64,000 nt of DNA from Styela clava (taxonomy: Eukaryota), in the NCBI RefSeq assembly GCF_964204865.1, contig NC_135262.1:10106001-10170000 (forward strand), given 5' to 3'. This document shows positions 23,801-36,700 of the stretch, piece by piece (position 1 is the first letter of the stretch; each line of letters opens with the position of its first letter). The translations under genes were made by a program, and so were the position numbers. The notes beneath the pieces are model-generated. The model saw nothing but the letters and a program-made list of their open reading frames with translations, was not told the DNA's origin and did no database searches.

Positions 23801-26800
23801 ATGGATTTCGATTCGTTATCTGAAATATAATATTTTTGTTTAAAGATTTATTTATCTTCCAATTTTATCTATAGATATCCTCGAATTTTTTATTTCTAAT
23901 CGCCATGAAAATTCACTCGTTTCAATCATTCAAATTTGTTTGGGGAATATTCTTCTGATACAGATATGTATAAACTGCTTTCTTTACCGCTATGTTGAGT
24001 TGCTACAACGCCGCAAGCTTCACTATTTATATTTTTTTCGCTAGAAGGCTTTTACGTTTATTTATTTCTAAAATCTTTGTAGGTTCCGAGGGGTTCGATT
24101 TTTGTGTGATGTTGTCTCTTGTGACAGATTGGATACAAATACTACTGAGTTTTGGCCTCCTTGTTCGTCAATATATTTGAACATCGCTCTCTTGTTTCAT
24201 TCCATATATATGGTATTGCTTATAGGTGGGTATGTTTTCCCGGTAATATATCGTGGAATGATATTCGTAATCGGATGGGAATCGAATACTTGTAAGTAGT
24301 CATATTTAGCATCCTTATTTGTGACCACGAGTTTAAACTTATTGGGACTTTTCCCCGAGTCTTGTCTCAAGCTCATTGGTCTTTTCTGTAACCGAGTTGG
24401 TTATCCGTATTCTTGAACTCCGCAAAATCTGAAATTTTAATTGGTGTTCTTACAAGCAATTCATGATATACAAAATGTTCCGCTGACCGAAAATCACTAC
24501 CTTAGAGAGCTGTCACAATATTTCACAGTGTATTTGAAAACATTTGCAAATCAGTCGTCTTTTTGGGAAGAAAAATATATATTAAAGATTTACCTGCTAT
24601 TTTGATAAATTCATGTTTTTAACTGTTGAATGAAACGTGAATTATTTATCAGAAATTTTAACCCACCTTCACATTCTCGGCTTTCATTAGAAAACGAAAG
24701 TAATCGTTTTTAAGGAGCTTGAAATTTTGAGAGAGTACGACTGAGCAAAAATTTTCCAGAGCAAATGCATTGCAATGCTCCTTCAAATTTACACAGTTGA
24801 TCATGCTGGCAATTATTTGCGTTGATACGAATGATTCAGGTCCCAAATCATTGGCAAGAAAGACAGCAATTCCATTTTACATCAAGTTATCTAAAGAGAC
24901 TGAAATCTATGGGCAAGGGGATATATTCACTTGGCTAACACTGACAGCCCCCGAGCCTGCAATAGAACAAGAATAAGGAAAATAAGAATAAAATATAGCC
25001 TGATCCTAACGTGGTACCCATACTTCGGCACTACCGTCTTGCCTCTGTAGCGTCCAGATATGAAGCTTATTATTGGTTTCGCTGTTCTCGGGTGGAATCA
25101 GAAAATCTTACAAATAATATATATCAGCAAAATGCAGAAATTCATTCTCAATATAAAATCTCGTTTGCAGCTCAATCCGAAAAAAAAATTGGGTACTTCT
25201 GAAGTATGCATGGCAAGATGGCGGACAGCGGAACGTAGTGTGTCGTGGAATCGATATTCGAAATCGGATAAGAATCGAATACTTGTAAGTAGTCATACTT
25301 AGCATCCTTATTTGTGACCACGAATTTAAACTTATTGGGATTTTTCCCCGAGTCTTGTCTCAAGCTCATTGTTCTTTTCTGTAACCGAGATAGTTATTAA
25401 TCGGATCCTTGAGCTCCGCAAAATCTAAAATTTCAATTGGTGTTCTTACAAGCAATTCATGATATACAAAATGTTCCGCTGACCGAAAATTACTACCTTA
25501 CAGAGCTATCAAGACGTTTTCGAACTTACCAGCAGTAAGAGTGACCAATATATTCACAGAACGATATAAAGACGATAAAATCAAGGAAAAGTTTATGAAA
25601 AATATTATTCCAATTGCATAGTTCGCTATTTGTCTCGAAATGAAATATTTTACTTGTAACACATTTTGAATTCGAAAAAACGGAAATAGGTTTTTATTTC
25701 AATGTTTTGTCAATTTTTTATAGTAAAAGAATTTGTATAAAACAATGTATTCACTAAAACGTGATATAAGTGCAACGTACCAAACAGCCCAAATAAAACT
25801 TAAACAATGGGGTATTGGATATCATTCAAACTAGTAAAAACAAAACATAGGACTCACATTCTGGATCATGATAATTTTAGGCCTGATTTTATTCAATTGC
25901 ACAGAATTGCTGAAATTGAACTAAAATACAATTCTAGATTGGCCAATACCAAGTAGCAATCATGAAAATACTGTAAGTATATTATTAAATGGTTTTAAAT
26001 TATATTGATAAATCATACAGGTGTCAGTATTCCTGTAATGTCTTATTTGCACAGCCATTCATTTTCTTGTAAAAATGGAGGTAAATTGCAAAGGTAAGCA
26101 TGTTCTGCCTAGAAAATTTTCGCTTAATATTTTTTGACGACGATCGTTGTATTGAAGCATAAGGATTTTGTTACTTTTCAGATATCCAGTTTACAACATA
26201 GTAAAACTGGAACAATCACGACAATTAGTCATTTTTAGTCTTCTGAAATTTCCCCTTTTCATATAGCAGGTGTGTGGATTCGCTGCTTTTTGCAACTTTT
26301 TAACGTATACGATATTATCAATGGGAAAACGCCACCCAATAGAAACATTCCGCTGAGCAAAAACGAATATGTGTAAACTTGATATACATCGTACATATAT
26401 CCTCCTATTAAAGGTCCTATGACACTGCCCAGTCCATTTCCAACTTCGAGATATCCAAAAGCAACAGTGAGTAGACCATCCCCAAACTGGTCAGCAACCA
26501 CGACTGGATAAATTGACCAATGTCCAAAAGCTGCTCCAACTAGACCACAGTAAACAGCATTCCATTCAAATGATGTTGCAAGAGGACTTAGGATAGTGAG
26601 TACACCGGATGCAATTCTCAACGCTATAAATAAAGTTGGAGTATGTACACACTTAAATGCTGCAACGAAACCCCATAGAAAACGCCCCATCAGATTTGAC
26701 AGTCCCATGATGGATACTAGAATCGCACCTGAAATGTAAAATAATTAAAAAATTGGTAGAACTATCACTAGACGAAACTATTTGGCATTTTGTAGTGTCA

Positions 26801-27065
26801 GTTTAACATATAATCTTACAAGTAAGTCTGTTGAATGCAATAATACGGTCGATAAACCAAAATGAAGAACCAATTAGAAATTTGGAAAATTCATTTTCGA
26901 TTATGGATTTCGATTCGTTATCTGAAATATAATATTTTTGTTTAAAGATTTATTTATCTTCCAATTTTATCTATAGATATCCTCGAATTTTTTATTTCTA
27001 ATCGCCATGAAAATTCACTCGTTTCAATCATTCAAATTTGTTTGGGGAATATTCTTCTGATACAG
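20862..27065. repeat. Near-perfect tandem duplication, period 3102 bp (20862-23963 / 23964-27065)
   Basis: The ORF track repeats with an offset of 3102. About nine substitutions and no indels were seen by eye. The junction has 2-bp (AT) microhomology. Confidence 0.97.
23157..23626 (-). CDS. Duplicated copy of the terminal coding exon of the SLC16 gene (alternative last exon, orphan exon or assembly duplicate)
   Basis: Encodes the same peptide as 26259-26728 (one synonymous CTG/TTG difference seen). Acceptor intact. Lies in the first copy of the 3102-bp tandem duplication. Confidence 0.6.
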
Positions 27066-30000
27066 ATTGAAGCATTAAAATGATTATGATTCAGAGTATC
27101 TTCAGATTTCAGTCACCTCGGAAATACTGATTCTTCTTACGGGAATTGTGATAACCATTTTAGCAAATCTCATGACAAACATAACGCACAACGGAAACAT
27201 TAATTTAAGGCATTTCCCGTCATGCAGAGTTACACAAGATTACTCAATATCATTCAATTTACGCAAGATCTATAGACTATTAAAAAAAAAACATACGCTA
27301 AAGATTTCATTACCATGTTTTAATTTTTTTTTAGTCACGTGTAAGAGTCGAAATATTTGTGGAAAAAAATCATGCAGAATTAAACATTATTACAACATAA
27401 TGTTATACACTTGGATTAGGCGCTCAAATATAGATATGTCAACGTTTTAATGAATCATCCTCTATTTGGTAGCCATATCTCATGGTGTACAATATTCAGT
27501 GGTGGGATTCAGCCGGTTCGCACCGGTTCTATAGAACCGTCTCACGGAATTTTATGAGATCAGCGAACCGGTTAGCATTACATGACTTTTTGTAACAGAA
27601 CCGCCTGAAAATATGACATCTGTATGATGGAACCGGCTGACAAAAAAATTGAATCCCACCACTGACAATATTGAACTATAATTCATTTTTACTCAATAAA
27701 AATCAAATTGTATAAAAAGATACAAAAGTATTTCAATCAGACCAAACAAAAACGTCATAATGGTGGTTAACCTAAGTTATTTAAATTATAGCAAAGCATT
27801 ACGAAAAATTCTTATACGTTATCTAATCACAGCTGTAAACCAAGTCCAAATAACGTACCTTGTTTAATTGTCATGTTCAAATCGTAATAGGCACGGAGTG
27901 GAGTTAAACCAAAGACAATCATCATGCCACAGAATACAGTTACATTGTTTATAAGCAAAATATAAATATTAGGATTTTTCAACAACATTTTTGTTTGCTT
28001 TAGATAATTTGCTTCCTTTTTGATGTCGATTGTTGGTTCTAAAAGTGCAGATATTTCAACACCCTGCAAGAGAATAACATTTATATGGTTAGTCTCCAAT
28101 TTTTTAATATTTTAACTATGAAGTTACATTCGCCCAACAGCAAGCCTCGTTTAAATATTTAGAAGAGGAAAATAATGGAACAAAACTTCAATTGCTTCCA
28201 CTTCAGTTCTATCGACTCAGAAAACTTGGAGCTGAATTTTTTACACATTGCTGTTTACAAAGTTAATTTGTAACAATAATATAATTGCCTTCAATGCTAT
28301 AATCACTACTTAGACATTTGATTGGTTGATCTATAAGAAACCGCGTATTAGAAAACGACGCACTAAACTAATCACAAGTTCAACCGAGAAGATATTTATT
28401 ATAAAAAGCATTGTAAACACCGGTGCGGTGTGTCGGACAAAACCACTGTTTTCAAACTATAATTAAGTCATGGTGTATCTGATCAAAAACTTAATCTTTC
28501 ATTGCCACATTCTGGTTTCTACATTTCATAATTTTCGAGTTATTTTATACATTTTTATTATTCCCTAGTGAAGCAGTGATATTGTTTTGAATTTGAAAGA
28601 TCATTGAATATATTTGCGGCAAATTAATGTATTTTGGATTAAATAAACAATAAAAAAGGAGTAGCACCTAAGTTGACAGCTAAACGACGAAAATTAATTG
28701 TGGCCCATAACTGTAGGATTGATGACCCGAAACTCAGTCATCCGTCCTAAACTTCGGAAGTAAGGGCTGAATTTTTTAACCAGAACTAAGAAACTTGTAA
28801 ATTTTCGTTGTCGAAAGATCGTTTATCTCATAATTGAATAGCGTTATTAAAGTCGGATTCATTGAACCAATAGTCGGAATCTAAATTTTTATCAGCACAG
28901 AGTTGAAGTCAGCAATTGATTCGCACTCTTAAACAGAAGACTCATTATACAAGCATTTCATCTCTGCGTGTAATATAAGATCAGCAGCATGACATCATCA
29001 TTTAACTACAATCCTTACCTGACTCTCTTCTGGAATAGTTTCAGGAATCGATACCTTGAATACCTCATCGCTTGATTCGATATTTTCAGCTTGAACTTCT
29101 TCTGACGTAGTCTGGGAACTTAGAGCGAAAGATGACTTCCTCCGGGTCAACGGATTTGTGAGCCAAGCTCGCATTATTTGAAAACTATTTTTTCGCTGAA
29201 ATTTTGGCTGATTATCTTTCACATCTATTGCAGACATTTCAGAACTTTTGGTCTCTAATGTTTTATCACTTTTTAGTAAATTGGCATTCTGGTCACACTT
29301 AACTTCAACTTCGACACTTGAAGAACTTTCTGTCTTGTTCTTTTTGAAGCAAGAGAACAATGTAAAATTTGGTGCTTTATCGACAGGACACATAATGAGT
29401 CCGAATACTATCATATTAGCGTTTATACCCCCAACTAGCAGAATAGCGCCTCTCCACCCATACAATTCCATAAGATACTCGAAAACAACAGGAAAAACGA
29501 ACGATCCAAAACCAATTCCACTTGCTACAACTCCCACAGCAATTGAGCGTTTTTCCTTGAAGAATTCGCTAATGGTTATAATGGCTGGGATATAGCACAA
29601 ACCCCCTCCTATACCTAAAAACAAGAGAAAAATCAAATTTTGTTGACTAAAGCATATTTGTTGTCTATGAGTTATCGCTTCCGTGAAATCGCTGTTTTTA
29701 ATTTTCATCTCGATCAGAACGACAGCTTATACTTTGAGAGCAAGAGTTTTGCGCAAAAATTTTAAGTGTTAGCAGCTGGTAAATTGCATAGATGTTCTGG
29801 GTTGATAATTAAGATAGGTTTAAGGACTAGGCAAATGGTTACGGTAAGCTTTTAAAGTTGGATTTGTGCAAAAGGACCTATTGATACTCTTTGGCAATTA
29901 GGAAAGTTACACAGTAATATCCAGACTCACCTGCACATACAGAATATAACAAAAATATCAACCACATGGATGTTGCAAAAAAGCATCCTATTAGTGCTAA

Positions 30001-30721
30001 AGACATTGCTGCTCCTCCAATCATATGAGTTACTCGACAACCAAATTTAACGATAAGAAAACTGGCTATAGGACCTTTAAAACAAAAATGAGTGAAATAA
30101 AAATATGTTTCTATTCGATAAAATCTAAGTCTTGTATCAGTTCACTCCTGTGTATACTTATCAGAGTAATGTTACTGAGAAAGCCATAACATACAAATAA
30201 ATACTTGAATGTACATTTGCACAGCTTTTACAGTGACCCATAAAGATTCATTACCTGCCCATTGTGCACCCATGGCCTGTTCTTACTATCAGCAATGATG
30301 AAATGTTTTGACTTTAATTAAATTGATGATTTCAAAATTTTTAATTATCCATTTTACTAAGTCAACAATACTCTTTGTACTTTGAAAGTAAACAAAATTC
30401 AGATATGGATTGGTAATTATATTTACAGTTCACTGGCATACAGTAAAAGAGCTTTTAAAACTTTGAATCTATTTTGCACTTACCGCTAGCTGAAATTGCT
30501 CCAGCGGTCGTACTACCAACGAATGAGGTGATCGCACTGGAAGATTGGAATTCTCGCATCCACTCAGGCAACAAGACTCCGTATCCAAAATAAATAGAAC
30601 CAATCATGGTCTGAGAGAGAAAACTCGCAATCATCACCACCCAACCCCATCCTCCATCAAGATATGGTTGATGGTTCGATGACAGTTGACTTCTTTTATT
30701 TTTAGTTTCGTTATCCTTCAT
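26259..30721 (-). CDS. Monocarboxylate transporter (SLC16/MCT family, MFS), 550 aa
   Basis: Exons 30721-30484, 30074-29931, 29614-29019, 28063-27859, 26728-26259 join in frame (1653 nt). SLC16 motifs: DGGWGWVV, GPIASFLIVKFGCR, FFKEKRSIAVGVVASGIGFGSFVFP, YGWRGAILLVGG, GPLIGGYMYD. The subfamily (e.g. SLC16A12/13/14-like) cannot be resolved by eye. Confidence 0.93.
27497..27664. mobile_element. hAT-type MITE in SLC16 intron
   Basis: Perfect terminal inverted repeats CAGTGGTGGGATTCA / TGAATCCCACCACTG. 8-bp TSD ACAATATT at 27489-27496 and 27665-27672. Confidence 0.93.
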
Positions 30722-33700
30722 TTTTCTATCAAATGAGAAATGATTGGATACTAGGCTGAGAAAAAAACAATAATAGTATTACCATTCTCGTTCGACCTAT
30801 TTACGACCTTTTGTTCGAGACAATTATAATTCGAAACGATTTATTATTCTCTTTAAAATAATGCCACGAAACACCAAGGTATATTCATGGAATAATAACC
30901 ACTGCCAAATATACCATCTTTCTGCGAGTTTACACTTTACAAAATCGAATGCAATTCTCGATTGATTGTACAAATGTAATCACGTAACTGCGTATGGAAT
31001 AACAAAACGTGAACACTTACCGGCGTCGTGGCTACCTTTATATCATGCATATTTCTGTATAAACTATTGAAAATGTATGGGAAGTATCACCTATCATATA
31101 CTCGTAATCATTGCACCCAAAGAATATCTAGTTTCCTTTCTAGAGAATTGCCGCTGATGAATTGAGTTTCCGCGACTTGATAACCAACGTCTCTCACTTG
31201 ACAGCATAAGAATAAACTCATTTTCTAGCTGCGGCCCGTGTTTCATTGTATGTGGCGTTCGTTGTACTGTCGATTCATTTCGTGTGATATAGGCATCAAA
31301 CCAAAACAAACTCAGTCACGATTTATCACGAATTTAAAAAACTAGTTTGAGCCGCTTCTCGACGTATTAAATAAATATGAGATCACTTCCGTCGAAAGCT
31401 GCCGAGAACATATTTGAACCGTCTCTGACTAAATCCCATGATACAACGGCCTATGGGCTACAGCACGTTTTGCTGGTACTTTGTTGTTAGATTCTTGTGT
31501 GTTATACATGTGCACAACAAAGTGTTATAAGGAGACTATGTTTTCGTTCAGTCATAATGGTAATATGCCCTGGAAAATTCTTAAAGTACACGTTAGCATG
31601 GTAGATAGATATACATATCTACCAGGGGTCGCTTCCCGTGCACTTGTTTGTAGTGAAGACACAAAACATCTTTATATAAAAATATTGATACAAATTTGAT
31701 TCTAAAGAAATCACTGATGATTGACTCCTATGCATTAAAAATACAAATAGATTGCCATATCATTGCTATGATTTATGATTCAACAATGATTATATTTCTG
31801 TAATATTTCGCTTTAACATTGCCGGGTCATGTATTAGTCATATTTAGGTTTTTACAACTTAGCATCGAATAGACGAAATAACTCAATTTGTTGCGTTGTG
31901 TGTACAAGTCATTGTTTCAAGAGAATTATTCACTCATATTTGATGCAAAAATGCTCACTGCAATCATGTAATGGTGTTTTATCAAAGCATTGGTAAATGA
32001 CAAGTTGTATTTAATAGTCAACCTAGATACGCCAGCTCAGCTGAAGTAAACCTTTAACGTATTTCAACGATATGAATTTATAAAAATAGTTTATATTTAT
32101 GATCTAACCCACACGTTAAAAAACATAGTAATATCGGAACAAAAATTTTGCGTATTTATTTCAAGTTTTTGTTCTGTGAAATAGTAAAAACCGTGTTTGC
32201 AGTTATCAATTAAGTTCAAAGTTTTCATAATTAAACTGATAACAAAATGCAAAAACTCACTCAAAAATATAAATGTAAGAAACTACAAACTTATGTCAAA
32301 AGATGCAGGAATCAGGTAGTTTTTATGACGGTGTTAGTTCATATGCAAAACTGCAACAGATTATTTGCTAAATCGTGCGTAAAATTGTTCAGTGGTGATT
32401 AAGCAGCGACATATTACGAAGCAATTCACCAACTAAAATTTATGACAACAACAGAGCAAAATCTACCTCTGCATAATACGAGTATCATCATTTCCCTTTT
32501 GCTACTTTAAACGCTTTACTTCATTTTGTTCAATCATCTTTGCACGCTTACAACTAAGGATAGGCAGTTCGACCATACGACCCGCAGCAAAACGAATATT
32601 ATAAATCGAATCATGGAAATTTAATTCATATCCAACAACGTAACATTCCTCTTATTTTCTTTAAATTGCTCAAACCATCGCTCTCTACTCTGTCATTTGA
32701 ATTGTAGCAAGAGTCATATTGTGCTGAACGAACATACAAAAAATGAATTGTTTCGACACTATATGCATATAGAAAAGATGATGTCCACTATCTTAAAATT
32801 TACAAACAACTGCTCTAAAAATTGCCTGAAATTCTGCCGCCACAACACACTCCCACTAACTATTATGAAGTCCGTTTTAATCTCGACAATAGCTCAGAAA
32901 TCTCACGGTAAGTATCGTATTTTCGACGTTTTATGGCTCACTAATCATCGATTCATCAACTCGTAAGTGAGGTAATATAATGTCAGCTTGATACTGCCCA
33001 TAGGCGTAGACGAGAGCATTATTATATGCAACATTTTGGCATTGTACGTCATCCACAAAGAAAAAAGCTCGATTTCGCTAAATTTGTGACCGTTGTTCTT
33101 TGTAAACAAGCCCAGTCGAATCTGGATTCAACTGGTTCTAACGACGCTAGGCAAAAATAACACACAATAAGAAAACGATTAATTATGCCAGAAATATGCA
33201 AAATTTTAATTATTTTAATCTATTAGTGATTCAAGAGGCTTCCTCAGACATACATAGTTTAACTATTAATATTTGAGTTCACACTAGATGTCAAATAGAG
33301 CTGTGATGTCTTTCGAATAATACAGGCTCTAAAATGAATTAAAGCTCCAATAAACACTTACTCTATTTCAAGTTTTGCAAGTTTACGCTCACCACAAAAT
33401 CAACTGATGACTGCGTTTAGCGTACAATGCGGATCTCCCACAGGACGTTTTATATTTAGTCTGCTTAAAATAAGATGAGTCATTCAAGTGCTCATGCTTT
33501 CTAGGAGAGTAAATGTAATCTTGTTAAGAAGCTAATTACAACCACGTAATCAGCCGGAGAATGTGTTCTCAGTTTAGCATTGGATTCAATCTAACGTTAA
33601 GACTATGACATAACAGTTTAAGTAAGAAAGGAGTTGGAGTAACAACTTTTTAATAATAGTAATCCCATTCTTGATCTTAGTAATACTGCACATCAATATT

Positions 33701-36700
33701 TTTGGATTGTCCAGTATCTTAAATAGGACTGGTAGATTACCCTGCCGACTTTTTGGTGTGGGTTACTGACAAGTTTTTTAGTACATGCAAGTTTTTAACC
33801 ACATTTGCTTTTACTACGAATACTCCCTAGGCATTACTACTCATCATAATAATTTCTTCTGTTTTTGCTTAGTGAAACTTGAAAACTTCCTAGTAAGACA
33901 TGTTCAAAGAATTTTAAATTATTCTTTTCAAATAAAGCTTATCCCATGGGTGTTGCTTGTTACGTAACATGGAGCTTGCCACGTGATAAGGACATGTTCA
34001 TATGCGTGGCCGAAATTAATTCCGTATCACATTGTTGCAAGACAAAATTGGGACATCGCCAATGCGCGATATATAGATGTATAAATATTGAGACTTGGGT
34101 AATAGTATGGCAACTGGTTAGTTCGTCCATATGGTTATATATGCAGGAAGGGTTTCTGAAAATCATGTAAATTTCATGCAATCGTTTCATCCCTATCTTA
34201 CTCTTGGACGCTGTTAGATATTCTTACATCTAGCAACGCTAAATAAAATTTATTTCAATCATAAATGTAATAAGTATAATCATTCGAAAAAGCATCCAAA
34301 AAGGGAAGTCACAAACAACGAATGAAACTACAGCGTTATATAGAATTTTGTACCTATTTGAAATGCAGTTTCCATGTTGCCGAGTATTTACGGATGGGTG
34401 AGGGAGGGATTAAAACGTGTATTAATTAAGAGGAGAGGATGGTAAAAATAATGAGATAAAATCGCAAACTCACACATTCCTGTTTAGTAACAATGCACCA
34501 ATATTCAAACCAAATTCACTTGGTATGTAGTTTGGATATTGCGCAATGAAGATAATAAGAGTGTGTATAATTTCCAGTTAATAGAGTGATTTTCTCATAA
34601 CACCCGTGTTGCATTACAAGTCTGTTTAATTCGAATCACTGTGCAAATGTGTATAAAACATATATATAGTGCCTTTCAAGCCACCAGACTCACTTTGTAA
34701 CAAAAAAAAACAAAAAAGCAACGCCATGAAAGACGCCGAAAAGTAAGCCGAAAAACTATTTGTTTGTAAATAAAGCGTGCGGTTTCATAACGTGATGAAT
34801 TTTAATCTGCTCTGACTCGTATATATTCATTTGCAAATAATTTTTGAGCTGCATGTCGCGTAAAATGTTAAATGAACCAACTTGAAATTATGTATTGTTT
34901 GATTAATATTTGTGTCGCACGAAATGCATTCAATACGAAGTGCTTATGATATATTTTATATATCCCGTCTCTTTTATACCGTTTAACCATTATGCAGATA
35001 CTGGTACATTTTTGAGGCAAATAAACATACATACATAACAAAAAATAATAATCTGTGTTTGTATTATGCAAAATATATCCGGATGTTATTGATGGTTATC
35101 ATACAGCTACAGCGACTCGCACCAAAAATACTTTTTTTTATATGAATGAACGATGAAGAAATTTGTTGGCGACTTACGTCCATTCTACTACGAAAGTTAT
35201 TTGCTTTAGTTTCAATGAGGTCATTATAATATGATATAAACATATTAGAACTCATTTAATAGACTGTAATCTGAATAAAGCAAACTTTTCAGGTTGAAAA
35301 ATATAATTTTCAGATTCTTTGCTTAAAATTGCAAAGTCATGCAAGTTTTATGTTGAACTTATAAAGTTCACTTCACCTGAAAAGGGTCCAAGAGGTAAGA
35401 GAAAAAGCATGAACATTCGTACATGGTCTGAAACAAAAAAATCTGCAGACGTTAATGAAGACCACAAATCGGAATAACCCACGTTATTGCTTTTACTAAG
35501 TATGTAGCAGAAATACAAGCTCAAGTTTAAAATCGTGTTGATATGTAAACGTACGAATGGGTAATTCGAAATTGATGTTGACTGATTTGAAAAACAAAAC
35601 AAAGAGGAATGACTAATCTTTCCAATTGCAATGTTAATTTTTTGCGAAGTTCACGGTAAAATTCAAAGTCTTGCAGATTAGTGGTAGCAAGAGAGCAATG
35701 CTCAGATATATCGTCACGAAATTCAAATGAATACAACAATAAAAATATAAAAGTGATACCTACTAGCAACTCCTTTCGTACATAAGTAATAAAAATTTAA
35801 AATTTTGTAGTCCATTTGTTGCTTAAAAAACGAAATTTCACAACCCCTGCAACAAGAACAAAAATTATATATCAATACGATCCAACACTTCTGTGACAGA
35901 ATATTATAGTCTTTCCTGCGGCTATGCATAGAGAATAAATTGAACTGAAATTCGGTTCATTGCTTGAATGGCGAGATCTTGGTTGATGCAGGGAAAATTT
36001 TGACACGGGTTTCTCGCACACATAAATCTTTATTGGTGAGAATTAGAAGTGAATATGTACTGTATTACAACTGTATTCGCAATGTATTCGTTATTTTACT
36101 ATTAAATCTATGCAAATATGCAAAACTTCTACTGAAAGACATTCCAGTAACAGGATCTCCAGTTTTAACTGCTTGGTTACATCTTCAATAAACGTAATTA
36201 ACCTAAATGAGGTATTTGAAACGAAAATTGGATTTGCATATTGCATAACCAAAAACATTGTGGGGCTTTTAGTATATTTAAGGTGCCAGATTCGAGTTTC
36301 GAACTTTTTGTATAAAGTTACAGAATATCGCTTTCGCGATGATTCGGAACCGAAAAAGCGAAGAGTGTGATGACTCGGCGCCAAGATGTCACCAATTTTT
36401 ATTCAGCTGGCATGGTAGTTTGATTATTATAATATTGCTTGTTCACGCCCATAAGGGATGGGAAACTTGTTCGTTTATAATATTGGGATTCGACGCAAAA
36501 CTAAACGCAGAAATGCGAAAAGGCCTTGCGTTTATTTTTTTGCCTCTTTGTAGGTATTTTTGAAGCGCTCGTACAATTTGCATAAACGCGGATGGTGACT
36601 AATTGTCAATCGGTATATTTATGTATAGTGATACATTCATATTTGGGCAATTGCTATTGTCTCTAATTGCTTTGGCAAATACTAAAACTAATAAAAAATG

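Noticed and set aside
28715-28745. Hammerhead-ribozyme-like string GGAT-TGATGA-CCC-GAAAC-TCA-GTC-ATCC
   Set aside because: It lacks the conserved C of CUGAUGA and has no stem II. It is single-copy, so it is likely chance or a dead relic.
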